Assembly: GCA_009914755.4 (NCBI GenBank)
Contig: CP068257.2
Coordinates: 1,248,001 to 1,312,000, forward strand
DNA length: 64,000 bases
Reading direction: 5' to 3'
DNA from: the human T2T-CHM13v2.0 reference genome, Homo sapiens
Shown: one piece after another, positions 1-14,124 of the stretch
Numbering within the stretch: the first letter of the stretch is position 1
Layout of the letters: every line of letters starts with the position of its first letter
Notes under the pieces: generated by a model
Databases searched by the model: none
Told to the model about the DNA's origin: nothing
What the model saw: the letters and a program-made list of their open reading frames with translations, nothing else
Made by a program: the position numbers and the translations under genes

Positions 1-1477
1 CAAATATATATTCTATACTGTACATAAAATATCAAAGTACCCAAACAATACATTATATACTGTATATAAAATATGAAATTACATCAAATATATATTATAT
101 TAGGTACATAAAATATGAAAGTACATCAAATATAGATTATATACTGTACATAAAATATCAAATTACACCAAATATATATTATATACTGTACATGAAATAT
201 CAAAGTTCACAAACTATATATTATATACTGTACATAAAATATGAATGTACCCAAGGTATATATTCTATACTGTAAAAAAAATATGAAAGTACCCAAACCA
301 TGTATTATATACTGTACATAAAATATGAAAGTACATAAAATGTATATTTTAATCTGTAGAAAAAATATAAAAGTACACCAAATATATATTCTATAGTGTA
401 CAAAAAATTAAAAAGTACCCAAACTATACATTATATACTGTACATAAAATATGAAATTACGTCAAAAATATATTAGGTACGTAAAATATGAAAGTACATC
501 AAATATAAATTATATACCGTACATAAAATATCAAAGTACACCAAATATATATTATAAAGTATACATGAAATATCAAAGTTCACAAACTATGTATTATAAA
601 CTGTACATAAAATATCAAAATACCCAAGGTATATATTCTATACTGTATAAAAAATATCAAAGTACCCAAAGTATGTATTATATACTGTACATAAAATATG
701 AAAGTACATCAAATATATATTTTATTCTATACAAAAAATATCAAAGTACAGCAAATATATATTCTATACTGTACATAAAATATCAAAGTACCCAAAGCAT
801 GTATTATATACTGTACATAAAATATGAAAGTACATGAAATATATATATTATTCTGTACATAAAATATCAAAGTACACGAAATATATATTCTATAGTGTAC
901 ATAAAATATCAAAGTACCCAAACTATACTTTATGTACAGTACATAAAATATCAAATTACATCAAAAATATATTATATTAGGTACAAAAAATATGAAAGTA
1001 CATCATATATAGATTATATACTGTACATAAAATATCAAAGTACCCCAAATATATATTATATACTCTACATGAAATATCAAAGTTCACAAACTATATATTT
1101 TATACTGTACATAAAATATCAATGTACCCAAGGTATATATTCTATACGGTACAAAAAATATCAAAGTACCCAAAGCATGTATTATATACTGTACATAAAA
1201 TATGAAAGTACATCAAATATATATTTTATTCTGTACATAAAATATCAAAGTACACCAAATATATATTCTATAGTGTACATAAAATATCAAAGTACCCAAA
1301 CTATACATTATATACTGTACATAAAATATGAAATTACATCAAAAAAATATTAGGTACGTAAAATATGAAAGTACATCAAATATAGATTATATACCTTACA
1401 TAAAATATCAAAGTACCCCAAATATATATTATATACTGTACATGAAATATCAAAGTTCAGAAACTATATATTATATA

Positions 1478-1529
1478 CTGTACATAAAATATCAAAGTAC
1501 CCAAGTACATCAAATGTAGATTGTATACC
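1478..1529 (+). repeat. Fused (deletion-junction) monomer: a C-type 5' part (…caaagtacccaag) joined to an I-type 3' part (tacatcaaatgtagattgtatacc). A second instance is at 4227-4277.
   Basis: ctgtacataaaatatcaaagtacccaag|tacatcaaat… was read directly at both sites, 2749 nt apart. The flanking ORFs end …QSTQVHQM (1519) and …QSTQVHQI (4267). Confidence 0.7.
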
Positions 1530-2076
1530 GTACATAAAATATCAAAGTACCCTAAATATATATTATATACTGTACATGAAATATCAAAGTTCACAAACTA
1601 TATATTATATACTGTACATAAAATATCAATGTACCAAGGTATATATTCTATACTGTACAAAAAATATCAAAGTACCCAAAGCATGTGTTATATACTGTAC
1701 ATAAAATATGAAAGTACATCAAATATATATTTTATTCTGTACAAAAAATATCAAAGTACACCAAATATATATTCTATAGTGTACATAAAATATCGAAGTA
1801 CCCATACTATACATTATATACTGTACATAAAATATGAAATTACATCAAATATATATTATATTAGGTACATAAAATATGAAAGTACATTAAATATAGATTA
1901 TATACTGTACATAAAATACCAAAGTACCCCAAATATATATTTTATACTGTACATGAAATATCAAAGTTCACAACTATATATTATATACTGTACATAAAAT
2001 ATCAAAGTACCCAAGGTATATATTCTATACTGTACAAAAAATATCAAAGTACCCAAAGCATGTATTATATACTGTT

Positions 2077-3530
2077 CATAAGATACGAAAGTACATCAAA
2101 TATATATTTTATTCTGTACATAATATATCAAAGTACATGAAATATATATTCCATAGTGTACATAAAATATCAAAGTACCCAAACTATACATTATATACTG
2201 TACATAAAATATGAAATTACATCAAATATATATTATATTAGGTACATAAAATATGAAAGTACATCAAATATAGATTATATACTGTACATAAAATACCAAA
2301 GTACCCCAAATATATATTTTATACTGTACATGAAATATCAAACTTCACAAACTATATATTATATACTCTACATAAAATATCAATGTACCCAAGGTATATA
2401 TTGTATACTGTACAAAAAATATCAAAGTACCCAAAGCATGTATTATATACTGTACATAAAATATGAAAGTACATCAAATATATATTTTATTCTGTACATA
2501 AAATATCAAAGTACACGAAATATATATTCTATACTGTACATAAAATATCAAAGTACCCAAACTATACATTATATACTGTACATAAAATATGAAATTACAT
2601 CAAACATATATTATATTAGGTACATAAAATATGAAAGTACATAAAATATGAAAATACATCAAATATAGATTATATACTGTACATAAAATACCAAAGTACC
2701 CCAAATATATTTTATACTGTACATGAAATAACAAAGTTCACAAACTATATATTATATACTGTATATAAAATATCAAAGTAACCAAGGTATATATTCTATA
2801 CTGTACAAAAAATATCAAAGTACCCAAAGCATGTATTATATACTGCACAAAAAATATGAAAGTACATCAAATATATATTTTATTCTGTACATAAAATATC
2901 AAAGTACACCAAATATATATTGTATATTGTACATAAAATATCAAAGTATCCAAACTATACTTTATATACTGTACATAAAATATGGAATTACATCAAATAT
3001 ATATTATATTAGGTACATAAAATATGAAAGTACATCAAATATAGATTATATACTCTACATAAAATATCAAGGTACCCAAATATATATTATATACTGTACA
3101 TGAAATATCAAAGTTCACAAACTATATATTATATACTGTACATAAAATATCAATGTACCCAAGTATATATTCTATACTGTACAAAAAATATCAAAGTACC
3201 CAAAGCATGTATTATATACTGTACATAAAATATGAAAGTACATCAAATATATATTTTATTCTGTACATAAAATATCAAAGTACACGAAATATATATTCTA
3301 TAGTTTACATACAATATCAAAGTACCCAAAATATACATTATATACTGTACATAAAATATGAAATTACATCATATATATATTATATTAGGTACATGAAATA
3401 TGAAGGTACATCAAATATAGGTTATATACTGTACACAAAATATCAAAGTACCCCAAATATATATTATATGCTTTACATGAAATATCAAAGTTCACTAACT
3501 ATATATTATATACGGTACATAAAATATCAA
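2077..3530 (+). repeat. Ancient duplicated block, with a diverged partner at 10380-12180. The offset is 8303 and drifts to 8286 and then 8650 through indels.
   Basis: Rare variants are shared between the two: cataagatacgaaag at 2077 and 10380; …QSIQTILYILYIKYG(I/L)TSNIYYIRYIKYESTSNIDYILYIKYQ(G/S)TQIYIIYCT in ORFs 2831 and 11117; tttacatacaatatcaaagtacccaaaatatac at about 3303 and 11953. Confidence 0.55.
2156..2533 (+). repeat. Reference copy of the 378-bp HOR. Monomer order is G-H-I-A-B-C-D-E-F; monomer H is 43 bp and contains atatattatattagg; monomer I is 41 bp.
   Basis: A G-type monomer (gtgtacataaaatatcaaagtacccaaactatacattatata) starts at 2156 and the same type recurs at 2534. In ORF 2156..2644 the motif QSTQTIHYILYIKYEITSNIYYIRYIKYESTSNID recurs after 126 aa, which is 378 nt. 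Confidence 0.8.
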
Positions 3531-4319
3531 TGTACCCAAGGTATATATTCTATACTGTACAAAAAATATCAAAGTACCCAAAGCATGTATTATATACTGT
3601 ACATAAAATATGAAATTACATCAAATGTATATTTTATTCTGTAAATAAAATATCAAACTATACCAAATATATATTCTATAGTGTACATAAAATATCAAAG
3701 TACGCAAACTATACATTATATACTGTACATAATATATGAAATTACATCAAATACATTTATATTAGGTACATAAAATATGAAAGTACATCGAATATAGATT
3801 ATATACCGTACATAAAATATCAAAGTACCCCAAATATATATTATATACTGTACATGAAATATCAAAGTTCATAAACTATATATTACGTACTGTACATAAA
3901 ATAACAAAGTACCCATGGTATATATTCTATACTTTACAAAAAATATCAAATTACCCAAAGCATGTATTATATACTGTACATAAAATATGAAAGTGCATCA
4001 AATATATATTTTATTCTGTACATAAAATATCAAAGTACCCTTACTATACATTATATACTGTACATAAAATATGAAATTACATCAAATATATATTATATTA
4101 GGTACATAAAATATGAAAGTACATCCAATATAGATTATATACTGTACATAAAATATCAAAGTACCCCAAATATATATTATATACTGTACATGAAATATCA
4201 AATTTCACAAACTACGTATTATATACTGTACATAAAATATCAAAGTACCCAAGTACATCAAATATAGATTATATACCGTATATAAAATATCAAAGTACCC
4301 TAAATATATATTATATACT

Positions 4320-6909
4320 GTACATGAAATATCAAAGTTCACAAACTATATATTATATACTGTACATAAAATATCAAAATACCCAAGGTATATATTCTAT
4401 ACTGTACAAAAAATATCAAAGTACCCAAAGCATGTATTATATACTGTACATAAAATATGAAAGTACATCAAATATATATTTTATTCTGTACATAAAATAT
4501 CAAAGTACACCAAATATATATTCTATAGTGTACATAAAATATCAAAGTACCCAAACTATAGATTACATACTGTACATAGAATATGAAATTACATCAAAAA
4601 TATATTAGGTACATAAAATATGAAAGTACATCAAATATAGATTATATACTGTACATAAAATATCAAAGTACCCCAAATATATATTATATACACTACATGA
4701 GATACCAAAGTTCACAAACTATATATTATATACTGTACATAAAATATCAATGTACCAAGGTATATATTCTATACTGTACAAAAAATATCAAAGTACCCAA
4801 AGCATGTGTTATATACTGTACATAAAATATGAAAGTACATCAAATATATATTTTATTCTGTACATAAAATATCAAAGTACACCAAATATATATTCTATAG
4901 TGTACATAAAATATCAAAGTACCCAAACTATACATTATATACTGTACATAAAATATGAAATTATATCAAAAATATATTAGGTACGTAAAATATGAAAGTA
5001 CATCAAATACAGATTATATACCTTACATAAAATATCAAAGTACCCCAAATATATATTATATACTGTACATGAAATATCAAAGTTCACAAACTATATATTA
5101 TATACTGTACATAAAATAACAAAGTACCCAAGGTATATATTCTATACTGTAAAAAAATATCAAAGTACCCAAATCATGTATTATGTACTGTACATAAAAT
5201 ATGAAATTACATCAAATATATATTTTATTCTGCACATAAAATATCAAACTACAGCAAATATATATTCTATAGTGTACATAAAATATCAAAATACCCAAAC
5301 TATACATTATATACTGTACAAAATATATGAAATTACATCAAATATATATTATATTAGGTACATAAAAGATCAAAGTACATCAAATATAGATTATATACTG
5401 TACATAAAATATCAAAGTACCCCAAATATATATTACATACTGTACATGAAATATCAAAGTTCACAAACTATATATTATATACTGTACATAAAATATCAAT
5501 GTACCCAAGGTATATATTCTATACTGTACAAAAAATATCAAAGTACCCAAAGCATGTATTATATACTGTACATAAAATATGAAAGTACATCAAATATATA
5601 TTTTATTCTGTACAAAAAATATCAAAGTACACCAAATATATATTCTATAGTGTACATAAAATATCAAAGTACCCAAACTATACATTATATACTGTACATA
5701 AAATATGAAATGATATCAAATATATATTACATTAGGTACATAAAATATGAAAGTACATCAAATATAGATTATATACTGTACATAAAATATCAAAGTACCC
5801 AAATATATATTATATACTGTACAGGAAATATCAAAGTTCACAAACTATATATTATATACTGTACATAAAATATCAATGTACCCAAGTATATATTCTATAC
5901 TGTACAAAAAATATCAAAGTACCCAAAGCATGTATTCTATACTGTACATAAAATATGAAAGTACATCAAATATATATTTTATTCTGTACATAAAATATCA
6001 AAGTACACCAAATATATATTCTATACTGTACAAAAAATATCAAAGTATCCAAACTATACATTATATACTGTACATAAAATATGAAATTACATCAAATATA
6101 TATTATATTAGGTACATAAAATATTAAAGTACATCAAATATAGATTAAATAGTGTACATAAAATATCAAAGTACCCCAAATATATATTATATACTGTACA
6201 TGAAATATCAAAGTTCACAAACTATATATTATATACTGTACATAAAATATCAATGTACCCAAGTTATATATTCTATACTGTACAAAAAATATCAAACTAC
6301 CCAAAGCATGTATTATATACTGTACATAAAATATGAAAGTACATCAAATATATATTTTCTTCTGTACAAAAAATATCAAAGTACACCAAATATATATTCT
6401 ATAGCGTACATAAAATATCAATGTACCCAAACTATACATTATATACTGTACATAAAATATGAAATTACATCAAAAATATATTATATTAGGTACGTAAAAT
6501 ATGAAAGTACTTCAAAGATAGATTATATACCTTACATAAAATATCAAAGTACCCCAAATATATATTATATACTGTACATGAAATATCAAATTTCAGAAAC
6601 TATGTATTATATACTGTACATAAACTAAAAAAGTACCCAAGGTATATATTCTATACTTTACAAAAAATATCAAAGTACCCAAAGCATGTATTATATACTG
6701 TACATAAAATATGAAAGCACATCAAATATATATTTTATTCTGTAAATAAAATATCAACATACCCTTACTATACATTATATACTGTACATAAAATATGAAA
6801 TTACATCAAATATATATCATATTAGGTGCATAAAATATGAAAGTACATCAAATATAGATTATATACTGTACATAAAATATCAAAGTACCCCAAATATATA
6901 TTATATACT
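4320..6909 (+). repeat. Copy 1 of a 2590-bp tandem segmental duplication (about 7 HORs), almost identical to copy 2.
   Basis: ORFs at 4324, 4583, 4750, 5176, 5876 and 6152 reappear with identical or near-identical translations at +2590 (6914, 7173, 7340, 7766, 8466, 8742). The 230-aa ORFs 5176 and 7766 differ at one residue. Confidence 0.85.
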
Positions 6910-9545
6910 GTACATGAAATATCAAAGTTCACAAACTATATATTATATACTGTACATAAAATATCAAAATACCCAAGGTATATATTCTATACTGTACAAA
7001 AAATATCAAAGTACCCAAAGCATGTATTATATACTGTACATAAAATATGAAAGTACATCAAATATATATTTTATTCTGTACATAAAATATCAAAGTACAC
7101 CAAATATATATTCTATAGTGTACATAAAATATCAAAGTACCCAAACTATAGATTACATACTGTACATAGAATATGAAATTACATCAAAAATATATTAGGT
7201 ACATAAAATATGAAAGTACATCAAATATAGATTATATACTGTACATAAAATATCAAAGTACCCCAAATATATATTATATACTGTACATGAGATACCAAAG
7301 TTCACAAACTATATATTATATACTGTACATAAAATATCAATGTACCAAGGTATATATTCTATACTGTACAAAAAATATCAAAGTACCCAAAGCATGTGTT
7401 ATATACTGTACATAAAATATGAAAGTACATCAAATATATATTTTATTCTGTACATAAAATATCAAAGTACACCAAATATATATTCTATAGTGTACATAAA
7501 ATATCAAAGTACCCAAACTATACATTATATACTGTACATAAAATATGAAATTATATCAAAAATATATTAGGTACGTAAAATATGAAAGTACATCAAATAC
7601 AGATTATATACCTTACATAAAATATCAAAGTACCCCAAATATATATTATATACTGTACATGAAATATCAAAGTTCACAAACTATATATTATATACTGTAC
7701 ATAAAATAACAAAGTACCCAAGGTATATATTCTATACTGTAAAAAAATATCAAAGTACCCAAATCATGTATTATGTACTGTACATAAAATATGAAATTAC
7801 ATCAAATATATATTTTATTCTGCACATAAAATATCAAACTACAGCAAATATATATTCTATAGTGTACATAAAATATCAAAATACCCAAACTATACATTAT
7901 ATACTGTACAAAATATATGAAATTACATCAAATATATATTATATTAGGTACATAAAAGATCAAAGTACATCAAATATAGATTATATACTGTACATAAAAT
8001 ATCAAAGTACCCCAAATATATATTACATACTGTACATGAAATATCAAAGTTTACAAACTATATATTATATACTGTACATAAAATATCAATGTACCCAAGG
8101 TATATATTCTATACTGTACAAAAAATATCAAAGTACCCAAAGCATGTATTATATACTGTACATAAAATATGAAAGTACATCAAATATATATTTTATTCTG
8201 TACAAAAAATATCAAAGTACACCAAATATATATTCTATAGTGTACATAAAATATCAAAGTACCCAAACTATACATTATATACTGTACATAAAATATGAAA
8301 TGATATCAAATATATATTACATTAGGTACATAAAATATGAAAGTACATCAAATATAGATTATATACTGTACATAAAATATCAAAGTACCCAAATATATAT
8401 TATATACTGTACAGGAAATATCAAAGTTCACAAACTATATATTATATACTGTACATAAAATATCAATGTACCCAAGTATATATTCTATACTGTACAAAAA
8501 ATATCAAAGTACCCAAAGCATGTATTCTATACTGTACATAAAATATGAAAGTCCATCAAATATATATTTTATTCTGTACATAAAATATCAAAGTACACCA
8601 AATATATATTCTATACTGTACAAAAAATATCAAAGTATCCAAACTATACATTATATACTGTACATAAAATATGAAATTACATCAAATATATATTATATTA
8701 GGTACATAAAATATTAAAGTACATCAAATATAGATTAAATAGTGTACATAAAATATCAAAGTACCCCAAATATATATTATATACTGTACATGAAATATCA
8801 AAGTTCACAAACTATATATTATATACTGTACATAAAATATCAATGTACCCAAGTTATATATTCTATACTGTACAAAAAATATCAAACTACCCAAAGCATG
8901 TATTATATACTGTACATAAAATATGAAAGTACATCAAATATATATTTTCTTCTGTACAAAAAATATCAAAGTACACCAAATATATATTCTATAGCGTACA
9001 TAAAATATCAATGTACCCAAACTATACATTATATACTGTACATAAAATATGAAATTACATCAAAAATATATTATATTAGGTACGTAAAATATGAAAGTAC
9101 TTCAAAGATAGATTATATACCTTACATAAAATATCAAAGTACCCCAAATATATATTATATACTGTACATGAAATATCAAATTTCAGAAACTATGTATTAT
9201 ATACTGTACATAAACTAAAAAAGTACCCAAGGTATATATTCTATACTTTACAAAAAATATCAAAGTACCCAAAGCATGTATTATATACTGTACATAAAAT
9301 ATGAAAGCACATCAAATATATATTTTATTCTGTAAATAAAATATCAACATACCCTTACTATACATTATATACTGTACATAAAATATGAAATTACATCAAA
9401 TATATATCATATTAGGTGCATAAAATATGAAAGTACATCAAATATAGATTATATACTGTACATAAAATATCAAAGTACCCCAAATATATATTATATACTG
9501 TACATGAAATATCAAAGTTCACAAACTATATATTATATACTGTAC
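6910..9545 (+). repeat. Copy 2 of the 2590-bp tandem duplication. Identity to the following unit continues to about 9545. After that the third unit (9504 onward) is an older copy with about 4% nucleotide divergence.
   Basis: The raw sequence 6601-6962 is identical to 9191-9552 and diverges at caaaatacccaagg versus caatgtaaccaagg. ORF 9504 differs from ORF 6914 at roughly 10% of residues. Confidence 0.8.
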
Positions 9546-10443
9546 ATAAAATATCAATGTAACCAAGGTATATATTCTATAATGTACAAAAAATATCAAA
9601 GTACCCAAAGCATGTATTATATACTGTACATAAAATATGAAAGTGCATCAAATATATATTGTCTTCTGTACATAAAATATAAAAGTACACCAAATATATA
9701 TTCTATACTGTACATAAAATATCAAAGTACCCAAACTATACATTATATACTGTACATAAAATATGAAATTACATCAAAAATATATTAGGTATGTAAAATA
9801 TGAAAGTACATCAAAAATAGATTTTATACCTTACATAAAATATCAAAGTACCCCAAATATATATTATATACTGTACATGAAATACCAAATTTCAAAATCT
9901 ATATATTATATACTGTACATAAAATATCAAAGTACCCAAGGTATATGTTCTATAGTGTACAAAAAATATCAAAGTACCCAAAGCATGTATTATATACTGT
10001 ACATAAAATATGAAAGTACATCAAATATATATTTTATTCTGTACATAATATATCAAAGTACAACAAATATATATTCTATAGTGTACATAAAATATCAAAC
10101 TACCCAAACTATTCATTATATACTGTACATAAAAGATGAAATTACATCAAAAATATATTATATTAGGTACATAAAATATGAAAGTACATCAAATATAGAT
10201 TATATACTGCACGTAAAATATCAAAGTACCCCAAATATGTATTATATACTCTACATGAAATATCAAAGTTCACCAACTATATATTATATACTGTACATAA
10301 AATATCAATGTACCCAAGATATATATTCTATACTGTACAAAAAATATCAAAGTACCCAAAGCGTGTATTATATACTGTACATAAGATACGAAAGTACATC
10401 AAATATATATTTTATTCTGTACATAATATATCAAAGTACATGA
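7766..10443 (+). repeat. Older duplicated block, with a diverged partner at +6359 (14125-16826).
   Basis: The ORF pairs 7766/14125, 8466/14825, 8742/15101, 9504/15863 and 9763/16122 all sit at an offset of 6359. Divergence is a few percent on the left and falls to about 1% on the right (the 158-aa ORFs 8742 and 15101 differ at 3 residues). Confidence 0.75.
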
Positions 10444-13400
10444 AATATATATTCCATAGTGTACATAAAATATCAAAGTAGCCAAACTATACATTATATA
10501 CTGTACATAAAATATGAAATTACATCAAATATATATTATATTAGGTACATAAAATATGAAAGTACATCAAATATAGATTATATACTGTACATAAAATACC
10601 AAAGTACCCCAAATATATATTTTATACTGTACATGAAATATCAAAGTTCACAAACTATATATTTTATACTCTACATAAAATATCAAAGTACCCAAGGTAT
10701 ATATTCTATACTGTACAAAAAATATCAAAGTACCCAAAGCATGTATTATATACTGTACATAAAATATGAAAGTACATAAAATATATATTTTATACTGTAC
10801 ATAAAATATCAAAGTACACGAAATATATATTGTATACTGTACATAAAATATCAAAGTACCCAAACTATACATTATATACTGTACATAAAATATGAAATTA
10901 CATCAAACATATATTATATTAGGTACATAAAATATGAAAGTACATCAAATATAGATTATATACTGTACATAAAATACCAAAGTACCCCAAATATATTTTA
11001 TACTGTATATGAAATAACAAAGTTCACAAACTATATATTATATACTGTATAAAAAATATCAAAGTAAACAAGGTATATATTCTATACTGTAGAAAAAATA
11101 TCAAAGTACCGAAAGCATGTATTATATGCTGTACAAAAAATATGAAAGTACATCAAATATATATTTTATTCTGTACATAAAATATCAAAGTACACCAAAT
11201 ATATATTGTATACTGTACATAAAATATCAAATTATCCAAACTATACTTTATATACTGTACATAAAATATGGACTTACATCAAATATATATTATATTAGGT
11301 ACATAAAATATGAAAGTACATCAAATATAGATTATATACTCTACATAAAATATCAAAGTACCCAAATATATATTATATACTGTACATGAAATATCAAAGT
11401 TCACAAACTATATATTATATACTGTACATATAATATCAATGTACCCAAGTATATATTCTATACTGTACAAAAAATATCAAAGTACCCAAAGCATGTATTA
11501 TATACTGTACATAAAATATGAAAGTACATCAAATATATATTTTATTCTGTACATAAAATATCAAAGAACACCAAATATATATTCTATACTCTACATAAAA
11601 TATCAAAGTATCCAAACTATACATTATATACTGTACATAAAATATGAAATTACATCAAAAATATATTAGGTAGGTAAAATATGACAGTACATCAAATATA
11701 GATTATATACCTTACATAAAATATCAAAGTACCCCAAATGTATATTTTATACTGTACATGAAATATCAAAGTTCACAAAATATATATTATATACTGTACA
11801 TAAAATATCAAAGTACCCAAGTATATATACTATACTGTACAAAAAATATCAAAGTACCCAAACATTTATTACATTCTGTACATAAGATATGAAAATACAT
11901 CAAATATATATTTTATTCTGGACATAAAATATCAAAGTACACGAAATATATATTCTAGAGTTTACATACAATATCAAAGTACCCAAAATATACATTATAT
12001 ACTGTACATAAAATATGAAATTACATCATATATATATTATATTAGGTAGATAAAATATGAAAGTACATCAAATATAGATTATATACTGTACACAAAATAT
12101 CAAAGTACCCCAAATATATATTATATGCTTTATATGAAATATCAAAGTCCACAAACTATATATTATATACTGTACATAAAATATCAATGTACCCAAGTTA
12201 TATATTCTATACTGTACAAAAAATATCAAAGTACCCAAAGCATATATTATATACGGTACATAAAATATGAAAGTACATCAAATATATATTGTATTCTGTA
12301 CATAAAATATCAAAGTACACGAAATATATATTCTATAGTGTACATAAAATATCAAAGTACCCAAACTATACATTATATACAGTACATAAAAGATGAAATT
12401 ACATCAAAAATATATTATATTAGGTACATAAAATATGAAAGTACATCAAATATAGATTATATACTGTACATAAAATATCAAAGTACCCCAAATATATATT
12501 ATATACTCTACATGAAATATCAAAGTTCACAAACTATATATTATATACTGTACATAAAATATCAATGTACCCAAGGTATATATTCTATACGGTACAAAAA
12601 ATATCAAAGTACCCAAAGCATGTATTATATACTGTACATAAAATATGAAAGTACATCAAATATATATTTTATTCTGTACATAAAATATCAAAGTACACCA
12701 AATATATATTCTATAGTGTACATAAAATATCAAAGTACCCAAACTATACATTATATACTGTACATAAAATATGAAATTACATCAAATATATATTAGGTAT
12801 GTAAAATATGAAAGTACATCAAATATAGATTATATACCTTACATAAAATATCAAAGTACCCCAAATATATATTATATACTGTACATGAAATATCAAATTT
12901 CACAAACTATATATTATATACTGTACATAAAATATCAAAGTACACAAGTTATATATTCTATACTGTACGAAAAATATCAAAGTACACAAAGCATGTATTA
13001 TATACTGTACATAAAATATGAAAGTACATCAAATATATATTTTATTCTGTACATAAAATATCAAAGTACACCAAATATATATTCTATAGTGTACATAAAA
13101 TATCAAAGTACCCAAACTATACATTATATACTGTAGATAAAATATGAAATTACATCAAATATATATTATATTAGTTACGTAAAATAAGAAAGTACATCAA
13201 TTATAGATTATATACCATACATAAAATATCAAAGTACCCCAAATATATATTTTATACTGTACATGAAATATGAAAGTTCACAAACTATATATTATATACT
13301 GTACATAAAATACCAAAGTACCCAAGGTATATATTCTATACTGTACAAAATATATCAAAGTACCCAAAGCATGTATTATATAATGTACATAAAATATGAA

Positions 13401-14124
13401 AGTACATCAAATATATATTTTATTCTGTACAAAAAATATCAAAGTACACCAAATATATATTCTATAGTGTACATAAAATATCAAAGTACCCAAACTGTAC
13501 ATTATATACTGTACATAAAATATGAAATTACATCAAATATATATTATATTAGGTACATAAAATATGAAAGAACATCAAATATAGATTATATACTGTACAT
13601 AAAATACCAAAGTACCCGAAATATATATTATATACTGTACATGAAATATCAAAGTTCACAAACTATATATTATATACTGTACATAAAATATCATTGTACC
13701 AAGGTATATATTCTATACTGTACAAAAATATCAAAGTACCCAAAGCATATATTTTATACTGTACATAAAATATGAAAGTACATCATATATATATTTTTTT
13801 CTCTACATAAAATATCAAAGTACACCAAACATATATTCTATACTGTACATAAAATATCAAAGTACCCAAACTATACATTATATACTGTACATAAAAGATG
13901 AAATTACATCAAAAATATATTATATTAGGTACATTAAATATGAAAGTACATCAAATATAGATTATATACTGCACATAAAATATCAAAGTACCCCAAATAT
14001 ATATTATATACTCTACATGAAATATCAAAGTTAACCAACTATATATTATATACTGTACATAAAATATCAATGTACCCAAGGTATATATTCTATACTGTAC
14101 AAAAAATAACAAAGTACCCAAAAC

